A stretch of DNA of 64,000 nt. Origin: Aigarchaeota archaeon. Lineage in GTDB: Archaea; Thermoproteota; Nitrososphaeria_A; Caldarchaeales; Wolframiiraptoraceae. The translations under genes and the position numbers were made by a program. Positions 37,491 to 48,596 of the stretch are shown piece after piece (the first letter of the stretch is position 1; each line of letters starts with the position of its first letter). The notes below the pieces were generated by a model. It saw only the letters and a list, made by a program, of their open reading frames with translations. It did no database searches and had not been told where the DNA came from. The stretch is from the NCBI GenBank assembly GCA_025058515.1, contig JANXDW010000006.1, forward strand, positions 9,050 through 73,049. The letters run 5' to 3'.

Positions 37491-37515
37491 ATTAAGAACG
37501 CCTCGATAAATGATC

Positions 37516-38667
37516 TTAGAACTGTCTTAATAAGTATTTTAGAATTGTGAGTCTTTGGATCTCTGATGTCCCTTCGTATATCTCGGTTATCTTAGCATCT
37601 CTAAAATATTTCTCAACTCTGTAGTCCGCTATGTACCCGTATCCACCCAACGTCTGGACAGCTAGATCTGCAGCCTCTACAGCTACTCTACTAGCATAGA
37701 GTTTAGCCATCGACGTCATCATTGGATCAAGCTTTCCTTGATCTATCAACCATGCAGATTTATACGTTAAGAGTCTAGCAGCCTCGATCTTAGTTGCTAT
37801 CTCTGCCAACCTACTACCTATATCTTCAAACTGTATGATCGGTTGACCGAATGCTTCTCTAGTCTTAGCATATTTGAAGGCTATCTCGAATGCTCCTTGA
37901 GCTGTTCCAACTGCTTGAGCTGCAACAAATACCCTACTACGGTCGAGGAACTCCATAGTATAGTAAAACCCCTTATTCAATTCTCCTATGATATTCCAAT
38001 CTACAACCTTAACATCTCTCAGAGAGACTTCTCCAATAGTCGTACACCTAATCCCAAGCTTATTCTTCTGTTTTGTAATATCTAGCCCTGGAGTTCCTTT
38101 CTCGATAACGAACAGTGTCTGACCACGGTATGTTGGTCTAACCTTAGTATCTGTCTGGCAGAGAACTATCAGTATATCTGCTATTGGAGCATTCGTTATT
38201 AAGGTCTTGGTCCCATTAATCCACCATTCATTACCATATCTCACAGCAGTGGTATCCATCTTGGTTATATCGCTACCTCTAGCCGGCTCTGTAAATGCTG
38301 CTGCAGAAATATATTCTCCACGGACAACTTTGGGGATGTACTTTTCTTTCTGCTCTTCTGACCCATGTAGTAGTATAAGCTCGGTACCAAATGATCCTAT
38401 CATACAAGCAACTCCAAGAGAAGAATCAGCTCTGCACAGTTCTTCAATAACTATACATGCCTCTAAGTAGCCATATCCTTGACCTCCATATTCTTCTGGA
38501 TACGGTAAGCCGACAAATCCAAGAGATGCGGCCTTCTTGTAAAGCTCCATAGGAAACTCTTCTTTAATATCAAGCTCTAAAGCTAGATCACGAGTAAACT
38601 CTTTTTCACAAAACTCTCTTACAGCTCTTTTAATCTCTAACTGTTCTTCAGATAAGCTAAAATCCAA
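37516..38667 (-). CDS. Acyl-CoA dehydrogenase
   Basis: EEYGGQGYGYL, TEPARGSD, and C-terminal QTLGGYGYIADYRVEKYFRDAKITEIYEGTSEIQR. 383 aa. Confidence 0.85.
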   Translation of the reverse strand: MDFSLSEEQLEIKRAVREFCEKEFTRDLALELDIKEEFPMELYKKAASLGFVGLPYPEEYGGQGYGYLEACIVIEELCRADSSLGVACMIGSFGTELILLHGSEEQKEKYIPKVVRGEYISAAAFTEPARGSDITKMDTTAVRYGNEWWINGTKTLITNAPIADILIVLCQTDTKVRPTYRGQTLFVIEKGTPGLDITKQKNKLGIRCTTIGEVSLRDVKVVDWNIIGELNKGFYYTMEFLDRSRVFVAAQAVGTAQGAFEIAFKYAKTREAFGQPIIQFEDIGSRLAEIATKIEAARLLTYKSAWLIDQGKLDPMMTSMAKLYASRVAVEAADLAVQTLGGYGYIADYRVEKYFRDAKITEIYEGTSEIQRLTILKYLLRQF

Positions 38668-38849
38668 TTTAGACCACTGATAGAAGTGTTAAAACAACTA
38701 TTGATATAAGTATTTGCCATAATCGTCCCAAGGTTTTATTTTAAAATTTGTAAACAAAAGTTTAGAAGAGTGTTCTTCAGGCATCAAGAATATATTTTAT
38801 AATGTATTATAGGATGGATGATTACACGTAGAATGTAAAACTCTAAATA

Positions 38850-40325
38850 ATGATTTTCAAGGATTTTATAAGGTTAAGATTGGCTGGAAAGAGCGTATTT
38901 GATAAGATCTGGGAATCTCATATTATCTATGAGAAAGAAGATGGTGAAGCATTGATTTATGTAGATAGACATCTAACACATGAGGTAACTTCCCCTATGG
39001 CTTTTGAAGGTCTTAGAGAGAAGAATAGAAAAGTTAGGAGACCTGATTTAACTTTTGCAGTAATGGATCATAATGTTCCAACAAGCGATAGACTTAAACC
39101 CATCATAGATGAGACTTCAGCTAAGCAGATTGCAGCATTAGAAAAGAATTCTAAAGAATTCAGTATAACCTTATTTGACCTATATAGTCCATATCAAGGT
39201 ATTGTGCACGTAATAGGTCCTGAGCTAGGTTTAACCATTCCAGGCATAACTTTAGTATGTGGAGATAGTCATACATCTACGCATGGTGCATTGGGAGCTT
39301 TAGCATTCGGTATAGGGACTAGTGAAGTAGAACATGTCTTCGCAACTCAAACATTATGGTTGAAGAAACCTAAGAAGATGTTGATAAAACTTGAAGGTAA
39401 ACTAGATGAGGTTGTAACTGCTAAAGATGCTGTATTATGGATTATTAGGAATATCGGGGTAGGTGGTGGAATAGGATACATACTAGAATATGATGGGAGA
39501 GTTGTTAGAGAGATGGATGTAGAGGCACGTATGACCTTGTGCAATATGGCTATAGAAGCTGGAGCGAGAACAGCGATAATCTCTCCAGATGAAAAAGTAT
39601 TCAACTATGTTAAAGGTAGACCGTATGCTCCAGCTGAAGAAGAATGGGATGAAGCTTTAAGATCATGGAAGGAGCTTGTAAGCGATCCAGATGCACAGTA
39701 CCATAAAACGATTACATTTAGTTTAGATAAACTTGAACCTCAAGTATCTTGGGGTACGAATCCATCTATGACCGTTGGAATAAGTGAAGAAGTCCCAGAC
39801 CCCGATGACTACGACGACCCAAAAGAGAGAGAAGTTGTTGAAAGAGCTTTGAGATATATGGGGTTAAAGCCTAGAATGAAGATGACAGACGTGAAGATAG
39901 ATGTAGTCTTCATAGGTTCATGTACAAATGGAAGATTATCAGATATTATAGATGCTGCTAGAGTTTTAAAAGGTAGAAAAATCTCACACAACGTAAGAGC
40001 ATTAATCGTTCCAGGTTCTCAGCTTGTTAAGAGGATGGCGGAGAGGATGGGTCTCCACAGAATATTTATAGATGCTGGATTTGAATGGAAGAATTCTGGA
40101 TGTAGTATGTGCATCGCAATGAATGAAGATAAACTTAGACCTGGTGAGAGATGTGCAAGTACATCTAATAGGAATTTTGAGAATAGGCAAGGTCCTGGTG
40201 GTAGAACTCACCTAGTTAGCCCGATTATGGCTGCTGCAGCAGCTGTATATGGAAGATTCGTAGATATTAGAGAACTTGACCTACCTACTAGAGAAGAGGT
40301 GGTGGAATATGCTAGAACCCATTAA
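38850..40325 (+). CDS. leuC: Aconitase-family dehydratase large subunit (3-isopropylmalate dehydratase LeuC or homoaconitase type)
   Basis: VCGDSHTSTHGALGALAFGIGTSE; FIGSCTNGRLSD; GCSMCIAMN (the three cluster Cys). 491 aa. Confidence 0.8.
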   Translation: MIFKDFIRLRLAGKSVFDKIWESHIIYEKEDGEALIYVDRHLTHEVTSPMAFEGLREKNRKVRRPDLTFAVMDHNVPTSDRLKPIIDETSAKQIAALEKNSKEFSITLFDLYSPYQGIVHVIGPELGLTIPGITLVCGDSHTSTHGALGALAFGIGTSEVEHVFATQTLWLKKPKKMLIKLEGKLDEVVTAKDAVLWIIRNIGVGGGIGYILEYDGRVVREMDVEARMTLCNMAIEAGARTAIISPDEKVFNYVKGRPYAPAEEEWDEALRSWKELVSDPDAQYHKTITFSLDKLEPQVSWGTNPSMTVGISEEVPDPDDYDDPKEREVVERALRYMGLKPRMKMTDVKIDVVFIGSCTNGRLSDIIDAARVLKGRKISHNVRALIVPGSQLVKRMAERMGLHRIFIDAGFEWKNSGCSMCIAMNEDKLRPGERCASTSNRNFENRQGPGGRTHLVSPIMAAAAAVYGRFVDIRELDLPTREEVVEYARTH

Positions 40326-40932
40326 AGTTATTGAAGGCAAAGCTGCACCATTTAGAGTTGAGAATGTAGATACAGACCAGATAATCCCTGCAGAGTTCTT
40401 GAAGATAATTGATAAGAAGGGCTTAGGTAGGTACTGCTTCTACCGTTGGAGATATAGTGAAGACGGTAGACTAAGAGAAGATTTTATACTAAATAATCCA
40501 AAGTATAGAGATGCTACTATACTGGTTGCAAGTAGAAACTTCGGTATAGGTTCATCTAGAGAAAATGCGGTCTGGGCTCTTCAAGACCTTGGGATAAGAT
40601 GTATCATCGCCCCCTCTTTTGGAGACATCTTTTACGTAAACTCTATCAAGAATATGCTCTTATGTATAAAGCTACCAGAAGAAAAAGTTAGGATGCTTCA
40701 AGAAGAAGCTGAGAAAGATATACTGATATTGAGAATAGATTTAGAAGAGAATTCTATAAGATTTAGAGATAGAGTAATCTACTTTGAACTAGATGAAGCT
40801 ATTAGAGAGAGGTTCCTTAAAGGATTGGATGAAGTGGAGCTATCATTAGCTTATGAAGAAAAAATAAGGAGATATGAAGAAGGTATGAAGAGTTTTCTTC
40901 TTCCTAAGCCTAGAAGATTTATACACGATTAG
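40309..40932 (+). CDS. leuD: Aconitase-family dehydratase small subunit (LeuD-type)
   Basis: MLEPIKVIEGKAAPF..NVDTDQIIPAEFLK...NFGIGSSRENAVWAL. The internal ATG at 40309 (17-nt overlap with the leuC end) is preferred over the ORF-track start at 40276. Confidence 0.7.
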   Translation: MLEPIKVIEGKAAPFRVENVDTDQIIPAEFLKIIDKKGLGRYCFYRWRYSEDGRLREDFILNNPKYRDATILVASRNFGIGSSRENAVWALQDLGIRCIIAPSFGDIFYVNSIKNMLLCIKLPEEKVRMLQEEAEKDILILRIDLEENSIRFRDRVIYFELDEAIRERFLKGLDEVELSLAYEEKIRRYEEGMKSFLLPKPRRFIHD

Positions 40933-41843
40933 AACTTTAACTGAGCTATTGCATTCTTTACTGTTTCATAGCTCTTCAATAATGCACTTCTCTCTTCATC
41001 GTTTAACGGTAGCTCGATTATCTTCTCTATCCCATCTTTCCCGATCACGGCAGGTGTAACTAAGCAGACATCTGAAAGCCCATACTCTCCTTGGAGATAT
41101 ATAGATGTTGGTATAACTCTCTTCTTATCTTTCACTATAGACTCAACCATTATAGCTATTCCTGCACCTGTTGAATGGGATGCAGACCATCCTTTCAACT
41201 TAATTATCTGAGCACCCATCTTCCTAGTCTCTTCAACCAATTGATTTATCTTCTCTCTAGGTAATAGCTCTATTAACGGTTTTCCACAGATATATGTTAA
41301 CCTAGGAAGGAGCACCATGGTCTCTCCATGTTCTCCAGTTATTGGAGCATCTATCGATTTATAAGATACTTTGAGCTCTCTCCTGATCAGAGATTTGAAT
41401 CTACCAGTGTCAAGCGGTCCGCTGAAGCCCATCACTCTATTCCTCTCAAACCCTGTTACTTTGTAAACTGTGTAGGTCATAGGGTCTAGAGGGTTCGTTA
41501 CAACTACTACTTTAGATTTTGGTGCATACTCTTTAATCTTTTCTGAAACTTGCTTTACTACATCAAAGTTCTTGAATAGTAGATCCATTCTAGTCATATC
41601 TGCTTTCCGAATAAAACCTGCGGGAACAATGACTATGTCTGAGCCTTCCATATCTTTATAATCATTTGAACCACGGATATCTATATCTATGTCAAGTATA
41701 CCGCACATATGCTGTAAGTCTAGAGCCTCACCTTGAGGCAAACCCTCAACAATATCAATCAAGGTTAAATCATCTAGTTCTTTTAAGGCTATATGGATAG
41801 CGGCTGCGATACCTACCCGCCCGCTCCCCACTATAGTTATCAT
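40929..41843 (-). CDS. mdh: Malate dehydrogenase (LDH-like MDH family)
   Basis: ITIVGSGRVGIAAAIHI (NAD-binding), the catalytic-region GEHGETMV, GWSASHSTGAGIA. 304 aa. Confidence 0.8.
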   Translation of the reverse strand: MITIVGSGRVGIAAAIHIALKELDDLTLIDIVEGLPQGEALDLQHMCGILDIDIDIRGSNDYKDMEGSDIVIVPAGFIRKADMTRMDLLFKNFDVVKQVSEKIKEYAPKSKVVVVTNPLDPMTYTVYKVTGFERNRVMGFSGPLDTGRFKSLIRRELKVSYKSIDAPITGEHGETMVLLPRLTYICGKPLIELLPREKINQLVEETRKMGAQIIKLKGWSASHSTGAGIAIMVESIVKDKKRVIPTSIYLQGEYGLSDVCLVTPAVIGKDGIEKIIELPLNDEERSALLKSYETVKNAIAQLKF

Positions 41844-41874
41844 ACAATATACAGAATAGAGCTATGTGAAAAGT

Positions 41875-42774
41875 TTATCGTTCTTCTTCTAGATATTTCA
41901 TCATGCCTAATACCGATAACCTCACCGTTGTGTGGAGAGATGGAAGAGTTCTAAGCAACCCTCTATATCTCTGATCATATTCCTCTAATAGACTCTCAAT
42001 GATCTCATCTAGAGTTAAACCTTGCTCGATAAATGCTCTTATCCTATCTCTCCAATTTTGTAAAATCTCAACTTCTTCTTTAAAGTAGTTTAGAGTATAC
42101 GGAGTCTCTCCAAAATGGGGTCTGAGAATAATCTTAGAAGAAATCTTCGATAGTTTTTCTAGTGTCTCTAGTGTCTCGGCATGATTATAGCTTGGAGGAG
42201 GGGTTGTAGGGATCTTTACTGGCGAAGATGGATACTGTATAGATACAGCATCTCCAGTAATTAAAGCTTGATCTTCTTCTACGTAGACTACGATCTGGTG
42301 TGGTGCATGTCCTGGAGCATGTATAAATCTAAGGGTTACATCTCCTAACTCAAGCTTCTCATATTCATGAACACCTCTAATATTTTCTAATGGTACAGGG
42401 ATTACTTCTCCGAAGAGTGCTGCAGATTCACCATAGATCTCTCTAACACTCGCTATCAGCCTACTCGGATCTATAAAGTGTTTAACTGCTCTCGGATGGC
42501 AGAGTATCAAACTCTTACTAGAATTTTTGATAATATGTGATGCAGCCCCTGAATGATCTAAATGTAGATGCGTTGGGATAATATACTTGATCTCATGAAG
42601 TCTCAATCCAACTTGTCTTAATTCTTCCACGATATTAGATAGAGATGAAGCATACCCAGTATCGACTAAAGCATTCTCACTACTTCCTGTAATCAAGTAT
42701 GCGGCTACAAACTCTTCTAAACCTAAGGCAACAGTATCTATGAGATAAATATGATCGGAGACTTTTCTAACCAT
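41875..42774 (-). CDS. MBL-fold metallo-hydrolase
   Basis: YIIPTHLHLDHSGAASH (HxHxDH); downstream His/Asp ligands (HAPGHAPH, ITGDA). Confidence 0.7.
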   Translation of the reverse strand: MVRKVSDHIYLIDTVALGLEEFVAAYLITGSSENALVDTGYASSLSNIVEELRQVGLRLHEIKYIIPTHLHLDHSGAASHIIKNSSKSLILCHPRAVKHFIDPSRLIASVREIYGESAALFGEVIPVPLENIRGVHEYEKLELGDVTLRFIHAPGHAPHQIVVYVEEDQALITGDAVSIQYPSSPVKIPTTPPPSYNHAETLETLEKLSKISSKIILRPHFGETPYTLNYFKEEVEILQNWRDRIRAFIEQGLTLDEIIESLLEEYDQRYRGLLRTLPSLHTTVRLSVLGMMKYLEEER

Positions 42775-42895
42775 TACATCTTCATCTAAATCATGGATTA
42801 CTATGAGAATAATTTAATTTTATACATCGTTTCTAGCTTATGGATTTTAGAGACAATTTATTAGGAGGGAAGACCTTTGATAAATGTGTTAAGAT

Positions 42896-43378
42896 ATGGC
42901 AGAGGTAATATTTAGAGAGGCAACAGAGAAAGATATAGATCAAGTAGCGGCATTAGTTGCAAGGCTTAAGAGATTGAATGAAGAATTCGATCCTTTATTG
43001 AAAGTTTCTGAAAAACTTGAAGAATCATGTAAAGAGTATGTGAAGAAGTCTATAGGTTCTAAAGATTCATTATTACTAGTTGCTGAACATGAAGGGAGAG
43101 TAGTAGGTGTCTTGAAGGCGGGTTTTATCGATAGAGTCTTCTATGACCCACCTCTAGAAGGTCAGATACAAGAATTCTACATACTTCCTAAGTATAGAAG
43201 GATGGGTATCGGTAAGAAGATGCTTGAATACGCTATAGATAAGCTTAAAGGTAAAGTAAGCTTTATAACAGCTAGTTTTCCATCACTTAATACTATAGCT
43301 ATCTCATTCTACGAGAGATTCGGTTTTAGACCTATATTCAATGTCTACGCAAAAGAGACTTATGAAAAATCTACTTAA
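42896..43378 (+). CDS. GNAT-family N-acetyltransferase
   Basis: GNAT motif A region YILPKYRRMGIGKKMLEYAI (Q/RxxGxG/A). 160 aa. Confidence 0.75.
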   Translation: MAEVIFREATEKDIDQVAALVARLKRLNEEFDPLLKVSEKLEESCKEYVKKSIGSKDSLLLVAEHEGRVVGVLKAGFIDRVFYDPPLEGQIQEFYILPKYRRMGIGKKMLEYAIDKLKGKVSFITASFPSLNTIAISFYERFGFRPIFNVYAKETYEKST

Positions 43379-44643
43379 TGACCTTTCAACAATCCGACTA
43401 CTCCACCGAAAGCTTTCTTCAACATCTCCCCCTCTTCATGACTAGAAGATATCAGCTCTACTCTAGCTTGAGCCTTCTCCCCTTCTTCTATCCAGAAATC
43501 CACTATAGACTTCTGCTCAATTAACTGCAATGATTGAGAACCACATCTCTGGCAAGAGCTTGAGAGTATCTTCGGAACCTTTGTGGTCAACTCATGTTCA
43601 TCAATCATGTAAACGTATTCCTCACCACAGTTCCCACACTTAATTAGAATCTTCACTCTCTCAAGGTCTTCAGAAACCAATAATATATCAACAGTCTTAG
43701 ATTCTAAAGCTTTCAATACTTCTTTCTCTCCATAAACTACTGAAGGATTCTCTGAAGATAACTCACTCATAAACCTCCTTACAAGCTCTTGTTCTTCAAC
43801 CATCCTCAACTCTTTTAGATAATCTCTAGATTTCTGCAATGCTTCTCTTATACCTTCTTCACCAGAATAGGAAGTATCTACCAAATGGATCTTATCTCTA
43901 AAAGTATAGTGTAGATAATCTCCTTCGTAAAATAATTCTTTAGTAGGTCCAGGTCCTGCTAGTATTATCCCCCTAATCTCAGGGTACTGGAGAAAGATCT
44001 GATTAGCATGTTCTCCAACTCTCTTATAATATTCATTCAAACTCATCTCTCTTAATCTCTCAAATCTACGTGCTGACTGTCCTCCAGCTCTATGTTTTCC
44101 AGGAACTCCTGACGTAAACTTTTTCTGCTCGATTATCCTCCTACCTTTCACGACGGCTACAGCCGCCTCCTCATTATCTATAACAAGTATACCGTAGACA
44201 TCTTTCTCTTTTAAGAGATCTTTAAGAGGCTCAAGATAGAATCTACTATCACATCTATACAAGAAGATCTCTATAGGCTCAGGTGGAACAACATGATATA
44301 CTTCTATCTTCTCTTTTCCTGGACCATTCTGAGGTACAGCGCCACTAAAGATTATCAATCCTGTTGGTCCAGCTTTGTTAAATAGCTTCAACCTCTGTAT
44401 AGCGCTCTCGATAGCATCTTGAACATTCTTTCTAGTAGTCTTAGATTTTATATTTGATGCTGTTGAATATTCTTGTCTAAGATATCCGATGATGTCTGAG
44501 ATGGGTTTTCCAGGTGGGATATATATTGAGATGAGCTCTGTCCCTCGCCCCTCCTTAGATTCAAGTTCTTTAATCAGTTTCTTAAACCTGTATAGAGTTA
44601 CAGAATCTTTCCTATCAAGTTTAATCTCCATAGATAGATACAC
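43375..44643 (-). CDS. prf1: Peptide chain release factor aRF1
   Basis: GGQ motif in KHRAGGQSARRFERLRE; NIKS-like region SNIKSKTTRKNV; C-terminal Zn-ribbon-like CGNCGEEY...CQRCGS. 422 aa. Confidence 0.9.
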   Translation of the reverse strand: MYLSMEIKLDRKDSVTLYRFKKLIKELESKEGRGTELISIYIPPGKPISDIIGYLRQEYSTASNIKSKTTRKNVQDAIESAIQRLKLFNKAGPTGLIIFSGAVPQNGPGKEKIEVYHVVPPEPIEIFLYRCDSRFYLEPLKDLLKEKDVYGILVIDNEEAAVAVVKGRRIIEQKKFTSGVPGKHRAGGQSARRFERLREMSLNEYYKRVGEHANQIFLQYPEIRGIILAGPGPTKELFYEGDYLHYTFRDKIHLVDTSYSGEEGIREALQKSRDYLKELRMVEEQELVRRFMSELSSENPSVVYGEKEVLKALESKTVDILLVSEDLERVKILIKCGNCGEEYVYMIDEHELTTKVPKILSSSCQRCGSQSLQLIEQKSIVDFWIEEGEKAQARVELISSSHEEGEMLKKAFGGVVGLLKGH

Positions 44644-44863
44644 CTCTACATATGTCTAGTAGTCAAAACCATAAATCTGAAAGAAGATATATACACATCT
44701 TCTAGGAGATAAGGTTGTTTACTAGTTAAAATGTTTTTCCAAGTTTTATGCTAAGCTCAAAATATTAGAGTTTACCGATGAAGGGTGCTAGGCCAAACCT
44801 CTCCTAGATATGTCGAAAAATGTAGAGGTTTATTAATAAGCTGAGTAGCTTCTTTTCATAGAG

Positions 44864-45175
44864 ATGTCTACGAACGTTAGAGTAAAGTTGACTAGCATCA
44901 ACTTAGAGAAGATTGAGAGAGTATGCGCTGAGATTAAAGACATAGCTTTAAAGACTGGTACAAAGATCTCTGGTCCTATCCCTCTCCCTAGGAAGAAGCT
45001 GGTAGTACCAGTTAGGAAGTCTCCATGTGGTGAGGGGACGAAGACTTGGAGAAAGCATGAACTCCGAATCTATAGAAGGCTTATAGATCTGCAGATTACA
45101 GACCCCCGTGTTATGAGAGCGATAATGAGGATCCAGATACCTGAAGACGTATCAGTTGAGATGACTGTGAAATAG
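44864..45175 (+). CDS. rps10: 30S ribosomal protein S10 (uS10)
   Basis: 103 aa. RVKLTSINLEKIERVCAEIKDIALKTGTKISGPIPLPRKKLVVPVRKSPCGEGTKTWRKHELRIYRRLIDL is the conserved uS10 core. Confidence 0.85.
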   Translation: MSTNVRVKLTSINLEKIERVCAEIKDIALKTGTKISGPIPLPRKKLVVPVRKSPCGEGTKTWRKHELRIYRRLIDLQITDPRVMRAIMRIQIPEDVSVEMTVK

Positions 45176-45540
45176 CTATTTCTAGAAGGAAGGGTTATAC
45201 TTTAAGACTAGTCATCAGCACGTCTTCTCAAGATCTTCTCATAAGCTATAACTTCTAACCGTAAATAGTTATCTTCTCTGTAACGATCTGGAAAAGCTCA
45301 TCATGCTCTCATATATTTTAGCTTCAAAGAGATCATCATAGAGAACTAAAAAGATCTACAGGTAACGTTTGTGGAAATATCTACTGTCACATCATCCTTG
45401 AACTTCTCTAATGAAGCTCTTAATATATGGCATACTTCTCATACTCTATATATATCTATATGTCAAATTAACGGTCAAAGAATTATTTCCCAGTATGTTT
45501 TAGGCAAAAATACGTTCAACATGGGAAAAGTTAATTAGCG

Positions 45541-46743
45541 ATGAATGGACGATATAGGGCAATAGAGATGGAGTCTATAGTTGACCAGATCTCTTTTGGA
45601 GGAATAGTTGCAATAAGAGATTCTCTATTAAAAAGGCAGAGTGAAGGTGGTAAAGTTTATAGGTTAGAGTCAGGCGACCCCTCCTTCGATATACCTCCAC
45701 ATGTTAGAGATGCGATGATAGATGCATTAATGAAAGGATATACGCATTATACAGAATCTACTGGAATAAGACCTCTAAGAGAAGCAGCATATCAGAAAGT
45801 TGTAGAAGAGAATAAGATACCGTTGAAGGATCCAAACCATGTTCTTATAACGAATGGGGCCATGCATGCACTATACGTAACCTTTAGAGCTCTCCTCATC
45901 CCAGGAGATGAAGTGATAATCCCAGACCCAATGTGGACTGAGATCGCTGATAACGTGAGATTAGCTGGAGGGATCCCTGTGAGATGTAGGTTGAAGCCTG
46001 AGAACAATTTCGTCTACGATCCTTCTGATGTAGAATCTTTGATAACATCTAAGACTAAGGCGATCTTCATAAACACGCCTCACAATCCGACGGGAGCAGT
46101 ATTCCCTAAGAACATCCTTGAAGAGATAGGAGAGATAGCTATCAAGAAAAATCTATACATTGTCAGCGACGAAGCATATGAGCACATAATCTATGATGGT
46201 CTTAAACATGTCAGCATAGGCTCGCTCCCAGGAGTTGAAGATAGGACGATATCGATCTTCTCAGCTTCTAAAAGCTTTGCAATGAGCGGGCTTAGAATAG
46301 GATACATTGCAACAAATATTGATAAGATTATTGAGAGAGGTAAAAAGCTGTTGAGATGTACGATAAATGGAGTAAATTCTATTGCACAGTATGGAGCGTT
46401 GGCCGCATTACGTGGTCCCAAAGACTACATAGAAGAGATGAGGAGAGAGTACCAGCTTAGAAGAGATATGATCTACGATACTACAAGTAAGCTTAAATCT
46501 CTTAAACCTTTCAAACCTAGAGGTGCATTCTATATCTGGTGTAAAATAAGTGAGGATTGGAGGGATAGTGAAGGAAAGAGAAGCGATTGGGCTATGACAA
46601 ATTATCTATTAAAGTTCGGGCTTGGAAGCACACCGGGATCAGAATTCGGTCCAGCTAGTTCAGAATACATTAGATTCTCATTCTCATGTGCTACAAGTCA
46701 CCTAGCAGAAAGCTTAGAAATGTTGAAGAAAGTACTAGAATAG
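45541..46743 (+). CDS. PLP-dependent aminotransferase, class I (aspartate/aromatic type)
   Basis: PLP-lysine region SASKSFAMSGLRIGY; NTPHNPTG; 400 aa. Confidence 0.85.
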   Translation: MNGRYRAIEMESIVDQISFGGIVAIRDSLLKRQSEGGKVYRLESGDPSFDIPPHVRDAMIDALMKGYTHYTESTGIRPLREAAYQKVVEENKIPLKDPNHVLITNGAMHALYVTFRALLIPGDEVIIPDPMWTEIADNVRLAGGIPVRCRLKPENNFVYDPSDVESLITSKTKAIFINTPHNPTGAVFPKNILEEIGEIAIKKNLYIVSDEAYEHIIYDGLKHVSIGSLPGVEDRTISIFSASKSFAMSGLRIGYIATNIDKIIERGKKLLRCTINGVNSIAQYGALAALRGPKDYIEEMRREYQLRRDMIYDTTSKLKSLKPFKPRGAFYIWCKISEDWRDSEGKRSDWAMTNYLLKFGLGSTPGSEFGPASSEYIRFSFSCATSHLAESLEMLKKVLE

Positions 46744-47853
46744 CTTAAAGAATCTCGAGAGCCTATAATCTTCCACACTATCTATAGATTTTTTTCCAGA
46801 AGCTATATCTGCGAGAAGATATCCTAAAGCTAGACCTCTCATCAACCCGTAACCTCTCAATCCATCGATAAAGTATATGTTCTCATATCTTGGAAGACTA
46901 TCTATTATAGGTTCAAGATCTGGGGTGACACTGCATGGACCAGACCACCCCTCCACAAACTCTACTCTACCTTTTATTCTAAGTCTTAAAAGTTTCTCAG
47001 CTCCACTTCTAAATCTTTTTAATGGTTCTCCAAAGAACATTCTAGAATCGTTAACTATCTCTGCATGATAACCTCCTCCTACAACCGTCTTATTAATCCC
47101 CGGTCTCCAGTAACTCTCATATACCTCATCGGCGAATGGAGGTATGCTATCTTCAACCTTGAATCTAAAAGCTGGACAACGTAATATGGTCGTTGGAATC
47201 ATTATATCAATCTTTGATAAGAAGTCTTTAGTCCACGCTCCCATACAGAGTATAACAATATCTGATGAAATCTTCTCAGAGCTCCCGAGCACCAATCTAC
47301 ATCCTCTATCGAACTCTATTCTCTCAACCTTATCCACTCTAATCTCTACACCTCTCTCCTCAGCATGTCTTATCAAAAAATTGATGAATGAATTAGGCTC
47401 AACCAAAACATCATCTTCGGTAAACGTTATTACTTCACCCTCATTGAAATTAAGTTGAGACCATATCTCAGAAGCTTCCCTAACATCAAATTGCTTAAAC
47501 TTTACATCAGCTTTTCTTAATAGTTCTGCACTCTCCACAGCTTCCCTACTATCTTCGATGGAGATGAAGCCTCTACTAACTATTCCAGCCTCCTCTAACT
47601 CCGCATCCTCAATAATTTCTTTGAGAATCTTGATACTTTCTTTAACTAACAATATATCTCTTAAGCTTTCTAGCTGGAGAGTCATAATACCTGCTGAATA
47701 GATGGATGCGCTCTCCTTAACCCCAACCAGCAGTACATTGTAGTTATATGATCTAAGTTTAATGGAAGTTGAGAGACCGGTTATTCCAGACCCGATAACT
47801 ACAAACTCATACAAAGATTTCTCCCCATAATCTAGATTACATGATAATATCAT
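46735..47853 (-). CDS. FAD-dependent oxidoreductase (DAO family; glycine/sarcosine-oxidase-like)
   Basis: N-terminal FVVIGSGITGLSTSIKL dinucleotide-binding motif. 372 aa. Confidence 0.65.
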   Translation of the reverse strand: MILSCNLDYGEKSLYEFVVIGSGITGLSTSIKLRSYNYNVLLVGVKESASIYSAGIMTLQLESLRDILLVKESIKILKEIIEDAELEEAGIVSRGFISIEDSREAVESAELLRKADVKFKQFDVREASEIWSQLNFNEGEVITFTEDDVLVEPNSFINFLIRHAEERGVEIRVDKVERIEFDRGCRLVLGSSEKISSDIVILCMGAWTKDFLSKIDIMIPTTILRCPAFRFKVEDSIPPFADEVYESYWRPGINKTVVGGGYHAEIVNDSRMFFGEPLKRFRSGAEKLLRLRIKGRVEFVEGWSGPCSVTPDLEPIIDSLPRYENIYFIDGLRGYGLMRGLALGYLLADIASGKKSIDSVEDYRLSRFFKLF

Positions 47854-47886
47854 GTTTATTTAGCTGTATCTTAGTACTCTTTCTAG

Positions 47887-48594
47887 ATGTTGATAGATTC
47901 TCACTGCCACGTATATGGTTTCAAGATAGATGAGTTGAAGAATTTTAAGGAAGTCAAAATAATAGGGGTAGCTGAAGATTATGAGAGCAGTATTAAGAAT
48001 CTAGAATTATCTGAGAACTTCTCGAATATAGTACCTTTTGTAGGATTTCATCCATGGAACATACCTGATATGAGAAATAAAGAAATCGAGATGATAATAC
48101 AATTAGTAAAAAAATCTAGAGGACTAGGAGAGATAGGGTTGGATAAAAAATTTAGAGAGAAGTATCTTGATTCTCAAGTCAAGGTATTTGAGTTATTCTG
48201 CGATATAGCTTCTCAGAATAATCTACCGATGAATATTCACGCTCTCAACTCTTGGGAAGAATGTTTTAAAACTATAACAAAGTATAATGTGAAACGAGTA
48301 TTATTCCATTGGTATAGTGGTCCGACCCACCTCTTAAAAGAACTATACTATCAAGGGTATTTCATCTCTATAAATCCAGCTGTTGTTATCCAGCCTAAGC
48401 ATAGAAAGATCCTTGAAGAAGCTGAGCTTGAAATGATCTTAACTGAGAGCGATGGCCCATATATGTATAGAGGCATGTATCTAAATCCATCTATGATAAG
48501 AGATTTGCTAAACTTTATTGCAAAAGTAAAAGGAGCTAAATTAGAAGATGTGGAGAAAACTATAGAGGAAAATTTCTCTAAATTTCTCGGATAA
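47887..48594 (+). CDS. TatD-family metal-dependent hydrolase
   Basis: MLIDSHCHV (HxH), EIGLD, and later His/Glu/Asp ligands (NIHALN, FHWYSG, TESDGPY). 235 aa. Confidence 0.8.
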   Translation: MLIDSHCHVYGFKIDELKNFKEVKIIGVAEDYESSIKNLELSENFSNIVPFVGFHPWNIPDMRNKEIEMIIQLVKKSRGLGEIGLDKKFREKYLDSQVKVFELFCDIASQNNLPMNIHALNSWEECFKTITKYNVKRVLFHWYSGPTHLLKELYYQGYFISINPAVVIQPKHRKILEEAELEMILTESDGPYMYRGMYLNPSMIRDLLNFIAKVKGAKLEDVEKTIEENFSKFLG

Positions 48595-48596
48595 GC

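Noticed and set aside
40276-40308. LeuD start at 40276 as in the ORF track (MTYLLEKRWWN...)
   Set aside because: The extension overlaps the conserved C-terminus of LeuC in another frame and has no homology support. The internal ATG at 40309 gives the canonical LeuD N-terminus (MLEPIKVIEGKA).
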